From the NCBI RefSeq assembly GCF_035084215.1, contig NC_090347.1:7812001-7876000 (forward strand): 64,000 nucleotides of DNA, read 5' to 3'. The position numbers and the translations under genes are program-made. Shown here piece after piece: positions 23,625 to 34,263 of the stretch; the first letter of the stretch is position 1; each line of letters opens with the position of its first letter. The stretch is from Heptranchias perlo (taxonomy: Eukaryota). The notes under the pieces were generated by a model that saw nothing but the letters and a program-made list of their open reading frames with translations, had not been told where the DNA came from and made no database searches.

Positions 23625-25809
23625 TGCACACTGTTAACTGAAGTTATCTGGCTTTCTTGTCTCATTGTGCAACTTACTTGGAGAACCATATAACTTGTGG
23701 CTGCTGTAACAACACAACGTAAGGCACAACTATTTATGACTTGCTGAGTGGTTTTGTTCAGTTAACACCAAATAAACTAACATGGAGTGTGGTCATGTTG
23801 AAAAGTTGGTTGAGGCGAATCTTGAATTATAATTGGTCAAGAATATTAACATTTAAGTGTGAAGGCAACTGTTGCATATTGTTTCCACTTCAGTACTTTG
23901 TTCACAATTGTTATTTCAAAAAACTCCCAAATTTTCTACACTCCGTGAATGTTGCAGTTTGCAAAATTTCATGTAACGTGTGTTAGCATTTTTGTTGCAA
24001 GATATGCTAGCTCAAATGAATAATTGCAAAATAAGCAGAGGTAATACTCCTAGGAGTTTCTGTATTAAAATTGGTCAATACCTACCATTTTTACCTTTTT
24101 TACAGTTCAGGCAAATTCCTTTTTTGGGGAGGAGTACTAAAGCTTTCAAATATCATAGCTGGCCAATTTAACAGTACTACCTATGTTTAATTGTTATAAA
24201 TGACAGGAATTTTTTTCAAAATGCAAGGGATTTTTCTTTGTCTCTGTTCACTTGTCATGCATTTCTATGGTTACATTCTATGCATTTCTTACTCAAGTTG
24301 CATGGAATAAGTTTAATTGGTTAATCCACAGCATATTTACACCACATCAAGTATTGGACAAACTACAAGCTTGTTTTGCCTAATTTGCCTTACTTGAAAC
24401 TTGCATATAAACAAGTGTAGTCAGTATTCAAAATGTAAGAAGACAGCCTCAATTATACTGATGAGTATCTCCTCTTGTAGGGGTGGGCTTATTGGTGGAA
24501 ATTCTGTCATTGAACACGTTTATGAAGTGCTGTACCAAAACTGCTAATTGTTGTAATATTGCGCACATTAACTCTGTGGCTGTTAATATTTCCATCAGTT
24601 ACTGATGTGTTGCAATGTTCCATTGTAGTTCTGAAAAATGTACACTTTCAAATCGACTGGTATTACTCAGCCTCTCAAATAGCAGAAGCTAATGACAAGT
24701 CAGCTTTTATAGTTAACCTCTAGCTCCCACCTAACCAGAGATCAGTGGCCCTTATTTCACAATCCTTTTTTAATGCTGTTGAGTTTTGGAACTTTTAACA
24801 AACATGGATCCTTTTTTTAAAAAAATGGAATACTTTAATAAATGGCCCTAATTTAAATGGAGAACATGGCTCAGTCGAAGGGAGTTAAGCTGCTATGTTG
24901 GCTTCATTTTTGCTGGTGGGCAATAATTTGAATAATTTGCCTGTTCTGATTAAGACTAGGCATAGGAGTTCTGAAATGCACAGCATTCAACAGACATGTT
25001 TATTTCCAACACTTCCTATTTTCTTTTAAAAGGATGGATGGAAATGAAACTAATTCTTACATAGTAAATTCACAAGCTTAGTTTGGAGATGAGTTATCCA
25101 GGATACCTGCCAATTCCATCTATGAATAAATTGAATTTAATGAGATGCCAACTGAGTACTGGAGTGTCTTTTTAAAGTGAATATAACCACCTACCACCTC
25201 CAATGGTAGTGTGACAATGTAAAAAGATTAATATAATGCATTGAAGATTGAAGTGGTGAAGTATTGTGATCAATGCAGTCAGTGCATGCCAGTAAATGTA
25301 CAATACTGACACTTTGTAGTCTTACTGCTAGTGCAATTTTAAATAATTGGTAGCACTACGCTGCCACTGGTGTGAGGGTGGAAAAGTGCCAATACTGACA
25401 CCGAACATGCAGGGTGTAAGCATTGGATGGCAGTGGAGAAGACCATGCTGGGGAATTCAGAGCAAGAAGGTAAGTGAAGTAGAAGCAGCCAGTCAATTTT
25501 TGCAGATTTGGATTTTTGTGTAATAGAGGCTGGTTTTGTGTCATCGTTTGCAGCCCACTCACTGCCTGTGGTTCACCTATCTTGCGCCCTGCTTTAAAAG
25601 ATTGGAATAGTGGTTTCTATCAAGACAGTCCAATCATGGATGTTGATCCATGTCTAATAGAAGTGGTGAAAAAGGAGGATTTAAGGGTGAATTCATTACT
25701 TAAGCAAACAGGGCAATTTATAAACTAGCATCGTCTGGTAATGTTAGCTCTGAATAGTTTGTTGGACAAACTTAAAATTTCTTCTCTCGCTTTTGTCCCT
25801 GTTCTAAAA

Positions 25810-26910
25810 TGTGCCAAGGTCCTTCCTGTAGAAGAGAGAGACTGAGCAGTAGAAAGATTTTAGGTCTAAGGCATAGTCAAAGGGAGGTTTTCAAAGATGG
25901 GGGAGAAATATAAGACTGAGATTTAGGAAGGGAGATCCAGAGGGTGAGGAAAGCTCCTAGTGATGAATGCTGGACATGCAATGTACCGAAGACGAGTTAG
26001 TAGTGTAGAGCATAGGCTGAGCCGGGGAGGGGGAGTTTGTATAGGTTGGTAGGGTAAGGCTGTGGAGGGATTTCTAAGCAGGGCAGGTACAATTTGGTGT
26101 TGGGAGGTTGGGGGATAGAGCTAATGAAGCATAGCAAGTATAGGGTAAGATTTAATGTGTGACAATGTAGGTGGTAGAGTTTTGAACAATTTGGAGTTTG
26201 TATAGGGTGGAGGTTGATGAGCATATTACAAGTGTAATGAAAGAGTGGGTCAGGATTTCTTAGATGGGGTGAAATAGAGGCAGAGGTAGAAGTATGCTGT
26301 TTTCTGATGTAGCCTGGGTGAGCAATAAGGAGAAAGGGTGTAGAGTTTTTGATAGGAGCCAAACAAGATGGCTTTGATTTTCCCAATGTTCAGCTGGAAG
26401 GAAGGTCTGGTTCATCCACTGTTGGGCAGTCTTAACAAGCAAGGTGATTGTGGAATTGAGTGGTAGTAGAGAAGTAGATGGAGGGTGTTAGTGTATATAT
26501 ACGGAAACTGAACTAGTCATCTAATCTTTCCAAGGGGCAGTGTGTAAACAAGGAAAAGTAGGGATAAAGAATGGCAATGGAACCTTGAGGTAACCTGGAA
26601 GTGACTCAGGGTTTGGGAGGAGTTGTTTCTGGAAATAGGCTTGCTCCCTTGGAACAGTAGGAGTGGTACCCCTGAAGGTGAACTAAAGATGAGATTAATG
26701 GAAGAGGATGTGACTGAAGTGCTGCAGAAACGATAAGGAGAGTGCATTACATTTGCAGTACATTATTACTGACTTTGCCTAAGGCTGTCTTGAGATTATG
26801 GGCAGGGTGGAAGTCAAATGATATGGATCTGAAGAGCAAATTTTGGGAGAAGTTACACAATTTGGTGGCAGTAACGTGTTCAAGATCCAAGTAGGGAAGT
26901 TGAAGGTAAC
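25810..26910 (-). mobile_element. Old L2-like LINE
   Basis: Purine-rich segment similar to 8455-9400 (e.g. TTCCCAATGTTCAGCTGGAAGGAAG...TCATCCA). Confidence 0.55.
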
Positions 26911-28149
26911 TTTTTTTGTTGAAGTTTTGTGTCCCTTTTGAATCTTCAAATGATGGCTTGAATAGCTCGACTATGCTGGTATCAATTCCTTCACAATTAT
27001 GGTTTTTGGTAACATCAGGTGGTCAATACATGCATGTGCACTTTCCAGCAGGTATCTGAATTGTGATCAACTGGGTCTTGTATTGATTTGTCATCCTAGC
27101 CCATGGACTCAGGCCAATTGTAGCAGCCTGATTGCTGACCCAGATTGAGTGACCTGTGTTTGCCTACATTACAACTTATTATTTTGGAGTAGTTGTTATG
27201 TACTTTGAGGACATGAGCAGGCTTTATGTAAATACGCATTCTTAGTATTTTTAAAGATTACTGTGTATGCCTCCTGCAGTGCAAACCATTGCAATGAGGG
27301 TTTTGAACGTGATGTAATGTTTGAATTAGTTTTGTAATGTCTGTTACAAACCTGAAAAATTGACATGCAAGTTATTTTGCAAAAGAACAATATCCCTTTA
27401 AGAGCTTCTGAATTGCAGTTGTGTGCAGCATGACACTTTCAAGTGTAACACTTCGCAGTGGGATGTATGCAGTAATTTGGACACATTTTGTATTAGATCT
27501 GCAGTGTTGCTCACATTTAAGCCAGAGGGTATGGTTGTTTATGATGACTGGAACGTTATACCATGTAACAAAGTGTGACATTGCTCAAGGACAAAAAAAA
27601 TCTTCGTTCCTGTGACTGAATCTTTCCCAATCTCTTAATACATATGTAATATAACAGGTGTGCATGATGGTCAGGAGTGTGGGTTGGTCCAATTCTCCTG
27701 AGCTTGTCTCTACATTTGATGCTGCTGAACCCCTGGACTCACCCTCTTAGTGCAGTCAGATGCTAAGGATTAAGTTATAAAAGTTACATTTACATTGATT
27801 TAGGATGCTAAGTTGCTGAAAATAAAATTCATAAATGGACAACAAGCAACCACCACAAAGCCAATCAAATCACATAATTGAGCAATCCTTGTCACAGTCC
27901 TTTCACTGGACATTTTGGTTCTTTATTTGCCCCTTTGTAAAGCTCTAAAAATAAAATGTATCTATGCATAATAAGAACACTTCCTGTTCTATCTCAACTT
28001 GTCTCGTATTTCTTATGGCCATTTGGCTAATTCTATGCAAATTCTTAACTGGAAATTTCAAGGAGCAGTTCTTGAACTCAGACCTGTTACATATGCAGCA
28101 TATTCCAGTCACCAGTAAGATGTGTGGCATTTAGAAAACATCAAGTCTC

Positions 28150-29352
28150 AGCTTGACTGATTTGGTAGCGTTCTTGATTCTGCGTTTGCCTTGTAGCATT
28201 AAAATCTAGATGCTGCATTGGTGGAAGTGCTGGCTTTCAGATGTTAAATTGAGGCTTTTTTTATTCATTAATGGGATGTGGGTGTCGCTGAAAAGGCCAG
28301 CATTTATTGCCCATCCCTAATTGCCCTTGAGAAGGTGGCGGTGAGCCGCCTTTCTTGAACCGTTGCAGTCTGTGTGGCGTAGGTTCTCGCACAGTGCTGT
28401 TAGGGAGTTCCAGGATTTTGACCCAGCGATGATGAAGGAACGGTGATGTATTTCCAAGTCGGGATGGTGTGTGACTTGGGGAATGTGCAAGTGGTGGTGT
28501 TCCCCTACGCATGCTGCCCTTGTCCTTCTAGGTGGTAGAGGTTGCGGGATTGGGAGGTGCTGTCGAAGAAGCCTCGGTGAGTTGCTGCAGTGCATCCTGT
28601 GGATGGTACACACTGCAGCCACGGTGTGCCGATGGTGAAGGTAGTGAATGTTTAGGGTGGTGGATGGGGTGCCAATCAAGCGGGCTGCTTTGTCCTGGAT
28701 GGTGTCGAGCTTCTTGAGTGTTGTTGGAGCTGCAAGGCAAGTGGAGAGTATTCCATCACACTCCTGACTTGTGCCTTGTAGATGGTGGAAAGGCTTTGGA
28801 GAGTCAGGAGGTGTGAGTGACTCGCTGCAGAATACCCAGCCTCTGACCTGCTCTTGTAGCCACCATATTTATATGGCTGGTCCAGTTAAGTTTCTGGTTA
28901 ATGGTGACTCCCAGGATATTGATGGTGGGGGATTCAGCGATGGTAATGCCGTTGAATGTCAAGGGGAGGTGGTCATTGTCTGGCGCGAGTGTTACTTGTC
29001 ACTTAGCCCAAGCCTGGATGTTGCCCCGCTCTTGCTGAATGCGGGCACGGACTGCTTCATTATCTGAGGGGTTGCAAATGGAATTTATCTGCCTGTTCAA
29101 GTGGATTAGGAAAATACCATGTCATGATTTGAAGAACAGTAGGAAATTGTCAGGCTAACATCCCTCTTCCAACCAAAAACAGTTTAACTGATTATTCATC
29201 TGATTAGCTGCTTGTGGGACCTTTTCTGTGATTTTAAAATTGGCTGTTGTTTACCCACATAACATGGACTACTCTTCAAAAGTAATTTATTTGTGCTTTG
29301 GGGTATCCTAAGCACACAATGAGGTGTTAGAGAAACCCACGTTCTTTCTCTT
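28150..29352 (+). mobile_element. SacSINE1-like SINE split by a LINE insertion
   Basis: 28150-28256 matches the 5' part and 29087-29352 the 3' part of the SINE at 46727-47162. Confidence 0.6.
28257..29086 (-). mobile_element. LINE 3' part (family of 13777-14597) nested in SINE
   Basis: Reverse-complement match to 13777-14597 with small indels; poly(T) at the left end. Confidence 0.85.
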
Positions 29353-29375
29353 TTCTGTTGCCCTCTTCCATGATG

Positions 29376-29708
29376 ATGTGGAGATGCCGGTGATGGACTG
29401 GGGTTGACAATTGTAAACAATTTTACAACACCAAGTTATAGTCCAGCAATTTTATTTTAAATTCACAAGCTTTCGGAGATTTCCTCCTTCCTCAGGCAAA
29501 TGTTTCAAGAGCTCCTTGAAGCCTACGCATTTATACATATAGAACAATACATGGTGTTTACACCATGTATTGTTCTATATGTATAAATGCGTAGGCTTCA
29601 AGGAGCTCTTGAAACATTTGCCTGAGGAAGGAGGAAATCTCCGAAAGCTTGTGAATTTAAAATAAAATTGCTGGACTATAACTTGGTGTTGTAAAATTGT
29701 TTACAATT
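29376..29708 (-). mobile_element. Penelope-like inverted pseudo-LTR insertion (family B)
   Basis: Perfect inverted arms 29409-29557 and 29560-29708, unpaired 33-nt tail 29376-29408, 13-bp TSD CTCTTCCATGATG at 29363-29375 and 29709-29721. Confidence 0.88.
29617..29655 (+). ncRNA. Minimal type I hammerhead ribozyme motif (mirror copy on minus strand at 29462-29500)
   Basis: TTTGC-CTGAGGA-A-GGAG-gaaat-CTCC-GAA-AGCT-T-GTGAA, followed by AATAAA. Confidence 0.72.
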
Positions 29709-30281
29709 CTCTTCCATGATGGTGATAGAAGTGGTATCTTTTAAAATGGCAGCAGACTGCTCGGGTAGAAGAAGTCACCATCCCTATCTTGTTCCTCCAG
29801 ACGTATATTGACATTGTAATGGAAAACTTTGTTATAATTAAATTATTGGTCGATCGTTACAAATGGTGTCGGTTATTCCTGCATAACTGCAAATCTTCCT
29901 CTATTATGTGCACACACCTCCTATGGCATTGCTCACTAAATAAATAGTACGCTGTTTTATAATTTTCAGGTGACATTGATAAACCATGAGTTCACATTTG
30001 TAGTTGATCTCATTAGAAGCCCTATGTTGTAATGTAAACACACTCCCACAAATGAAGTTTGAATGGGTACTTAATTATATACATGTTGATCGCCCATGCT
30101 CTTGTTCGTGGTGAGTCAGAGGATCGTGTTGTACAGCAGGAGTGTTAAATTATGCAATGCACAATGTCTTACAACAGCTGTTTGGTTTTGGTGGAGTCTT
30201 CTCAGTGGCTGCTCTTGGGCAAAATACAACAATAACTTGCATTTATATAGCACATGTCACATGGAAAAACATCCCAAGGAG

Positions 30282-30422
30282 CTTCACGCAGTTGTAATCA
30301 AAAATTGTATGCCGAGCTGAAGAAGGTGGTACGTTAAGAGTGGCGACCAAACACCTTGGTCAAGGAGGGGTTTTAAGGACTCTCTTAAAGGTGGAGAAAG
30401 GTTCAGGGTGGGAATTCCAGAT
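30282..30422 (-). mobile_element. L2 LINE 3' tail
   Basis: Plus-strand sequence starting at ~30226 (ACAACAATAACTTGCATTTATATAGC) through 30422 is the reverse complement of the 8065-8258 tail type. Confidence 0.55.
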
Positions 30423-31294
30423 CGTCAAAGAATTACAGCAAGTCTGAAATGGGAAAATCAGGGAAAAAGCCGAATCTACCTCTATCTGGCACTTTCATTG
30501 GCTGTGCAATGGGAGCCAGACATTGCATAGGTGGGAGGGGAAAATATCACTGCAAAATATAATCCCTTGAGCCTAGACCTAACTGCTGCTTGGAACTGAA
30601 TCCAGTCTCATTATATGAATGCATATTTTCTTTTCCTTGCCTGTCAATCAGCCAAGGACTGTTGTCTTTGGTAGTACAATCGGCTGTAATGCTGAGATAC
30701 CAACTCAAAGAAAATCTGCAGGAAAGCAATCTGATTAATTTACAGAGCTCCACTCATTGACTCAGATTGATCATCTCATTGACACAAGTCACAAGAGTAA
30801 ACGTTTTTCATGCAGCAAGGGCAGCCATTAGCTGGTTTGCAAAGATCATTATAACCAGGATATCAATGTGACAATGCTTGATGCATGTATGCCAATTTAG
30901 AAAACTCTCAAAAACGGACCATTCAAATAACAACTCAAAAATCAGCCCTGATTATATGCGTGTGCCTCAGGCCACTGTTTTACAGTGACAGAATAAGTTA
31001 AATTCTATGTTGTATGGGATTCTAGAATTTGCACCTGTGTTTCAGGATCACATTTCACAATGTGGACTGTTTTTCTGTTTAAAAAAAATGAAATCCAAGG
31101 GTCTTGCTTAGAGCATAGAAACCATTGATTATGCAGCAAGTGCAATGGGACGTGAGCCTGAAACTTAAACTTGAGGCATACTCAATATATCTAACACGTA
31201 TACTGCGGGGAAAAACTGAAGTATACAGAAATGTATTCCTTGCATTGGTGAATCTAGAAACTTGTGAAGTGGGTATGAGCATAGATTTTGGAGT

Positions 31295-31530
31295 GCAGGG
31301 GAGTTCTCCCAGTGGCCTGGCCAACAGTTATCCCTCAACCAACAGCACCAAAAAAAGATTATCTGATCATTTATCTCATACGCCGTTTGTGGCATATAAT
31401 GCAAATCGACTGCTGTGTTTCCCTACATTACAACAGTGACTACATTTTAAACGTACTTCATTGGTTGTAAAGCTCTTTGTGACGTCCTGAGGATGTGACA
31501 GGCTCTAGGTAAATGCAAGTTCTTTCTTAT
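31295..31530 (+). mobile_element. 3' half of SacSINE1-like SINE
   Basis: CCTGGCCAACA.TTATCCCTCAACCAAC...GATTATCTG.TCATT...CTACATTACAACAGTGACTACA...AAATGCAAGTTCTTTC. Confidence 0.7.
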
Positions 31531-32289
31531 GTACTATGAGTCAGCCTTTGCAGCAAAAGTATTTTTTTTCTGAAAGCTTAGAGATAATTTAAATATGAAA
31601 TAAAGTAATCTTTACAAGACAATTAAGTCTCAATTTTTGTACCTTCAGATTGTAATACGTAGTGAGTATAACCTAGGAGAATGTTGCTAATGCCAATATG
31701 GGAATGATTTGTCACACAATAACAGCAGCTCATGATAATAACACAGACACTATACTACTGTAAATGATAAGCTTTAGTGTGGCAGTACCGAGCTCATTGA
31801 TTCAAAAGAAAAGTCAGGTGAGCATTAATGCCCACAATGCTGGACAGAACCAGTGCAGGACCCTTGTGTTCCCCCCAACCTCCATGCTTGCATACAAATT
31901 TTTACCTTTTGCACATGTGTGTACATTTTCACTGCGCATGCATGTAAGAAAAGTTGGTATACTAGCTGCAAGGATGTGATGGGGTGCAGCCCACCATCTC
32001 CCACAGCACTGAAGCAACTATGTGACATATTCCAATCTAAATGAATGATCTTTGGCCTCCACTTGGTACTGGTGAAATATTAAGTAGTCTGAAGCCTGTA
32101 ACTTAAGTCTCACTCAGCACAAACTAACCCGCGTCTCCCCAAACACCCAAACAAATCCCAGGAGTGACAGCAGACCAACACAGGAACACAATCATTGGCA
32201 AGGACCATTACCCCAACTAACATGACCACTAGTGAGCAGAACCCCCCCCCCCCCCCCCCTTGTTCCCCAACTTATTTGAATTCCAAACA

Positions 32290-32420
32290 CATACTTGAGA
32301 AGGACAAATTTGCAGAGCTATGGGGAAAGGGCAGGAAAGTGGGACTAATTGGATAGCTCTTTCAAAGAGCCGGCACAGACATGATGGGCTAAATGGCCTC
32401 CCTCCGTGTTGTTAAAATTC
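32290..32420 (+). mobile_element. CR1/HER1-type 3' tail
   Basis: GGATAGCTCTTTCAAAGAGCCGGCACAGACATGATGGGCTAAATGGCCTCC. Confidence 0.65.
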
Positions 32421-33094
32421 GCCCCATAGAATTAAACAAAAATTGCCACGTTCTCTAAAAATAATGCTGATTTTGATCAGTAAATGCTGATGGCTGGAGA
32501 GCCGCTGACTGCCATCCTGAAGCGCTCACAGTTGGCTTGTATGCTGATGCCCAAACGGGCAAACTGAAGATTTCAACTCAGAGGAGACGCTGCTATGTTT
32601 AGATAGAGGATTCTATGAAACAGGCTTTTTGCTACTGATGAAATAGTTCATCTGTAATAATGTCCATGGCCATCCTGTACTCTACTCTAAGATACAAACA
32701 GGACTCTCAGTGCACAGAATGCCTGTATTTCCATATATTTCAGCCTCAGGACGAGGAGCAGTAAGTTTGAAACAGTTGGAGGCTGTTACTGATACTTGTT
32801 TTTATTACGTAGAGGAAACTGTGAGATAAACAATGAGTTGGATGTGTTTTGTTATGTACCCTTCAAATTTCTTTTCCTCTGAGGCTGCCCTTTCCTGCAG
32901 GGAAGTGCCTAACCTCCACTCAGCTAAGATCAGAAACCACAAAGTCATGAATGCAAACTTAGACCTTACCATTCTCCAAGGTACAGTGTATTGTTGCCAC
33001 TAATACACGACACAACCGAACCAGTGTGGATACATAGCTAATAATTAGAGTCAACGATGTTACCTGTTTGGTCCCAGTCACACTATCCGCAAAT

Positions 33095-33233
33095 ACATAG
33101 AGGGTAGATAGAGAGAAATGATTTCCTCTGGCAGGGGAGTCCAGAACAAGGGGGCATCACCTTAAAATTAGAACTGGACCCTTCAGGGGTGATCTCAGGA
33201 AGCATTTCTTCACGCAAAGGGTAGTGGAAATCT
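33095..33233 (+). mobile_element. CR1 ORF2 C-terminal fragment
   Basis: FPLAGESRTRGHHLKIRTGPFRGDLRKHFFTQRVVEI. Confidence 0.75.
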
Positions 33234-33568
33234 CTTCTAGGTGTTGGGATGAACGGGGCAGGCGTCGGGCCTACTCAACTCAGGATTCTTCAGCGGCCAC
33301 CAACTAAATTTTTGAAACCTCCCTGTGGAGACAGGTGTGTTCGGCCCGGCTCCACAGCACTTCTGACAGCCTCTGGTAGCCGCGATCGGCACCCCTTCCG
33401 CTGCCCTGTTCCCCAACCCTCTCCGGAAAGTTCCTGAGAGCTGCTGCCGGCAAGAGAAGTGGCCCAAATATCATCTTTCTGTGGAGGCTCGATGGGCATT
33501 AGCAGCTGGCTTAAAGGATTGAAATGAGACCCAAGGCCCAATTTTGGGCCAGCCTTGGGCCTACTGGA

Positions 33569-33949
33569 TTGGGTTGCCAACTCTCCAGGATCCGCCTGGA
33601 GTCTCCAGGAATTGATGATCAATCTCCAGGACACTGCTGTGAGCAAAAATCATAGAAACATTTTTAAAAATTGTGTGTTTTTTTTTTCATTTTCTTGGAA
33701 CATCACTGTTTATTAATTATGAAAATATTGGAGATGGGGAATAAAGGGCTGTTTGACTGACAGTCAAGAATCATCCAAGTGGGTATTGAAGTGTCTTTTC
33801 GCTTGCCTATTGGCTGTGGGAAGGCGGGGCGCCGTGAGGATGGGTGCGTTGGGCAACCAATGGCTGGAGCGTGGGGGCAGGGCAGTTGGAGGCAGGAGGT
33901 CATGTGATCAAATCTCCAGGAATATGTCCAACCGGAGTTGGCAACCCTA
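33569..33949. mobile_element. hAT-type MITE
   Basis: TIRs (TT)GGGTTGCCAACTC / GAGTTGGCAACCCTA; 8-bp TSD CTACTGGA / CTCCTGGA (7 of 8 match); subterminal TCTCCAGGA repeats. Confidence 0.8.
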
Positions 33950-34263
33950 CTCCTGGATGTGGTGCGTTCTGCCCGGGTATGTACCCTCTCCCCCAGTGTG
34001 CGTTAGATGATATGCGCACTTGGAAAAATCAGTCGTATTAGAATCCATAATTTTAGCAAGAATATTTTCAACTTAAGAAGCAAAACTCATTCATTTTGAT
34101 TTTTAAATTTGCTTTTGCACCTGTTTTTATCTGTTGTTCATCACTGAAAATGAATAAAAACAGGAAGCAAAAAGACTGTGTAGCGCTTCATGGGACTAAA
34201 CTGTTGGAAATGGACTCAGTGTTGTATTTCGATGATAATTTTGTACATTCTGTCCAGCAAACA

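Noticed and set aside
25355-25475. Possible exon ending at AAG|GTAAGT downstream of ALYREF
   Set aside because: Strong donor but no convincing acceptor or recognisable peptide
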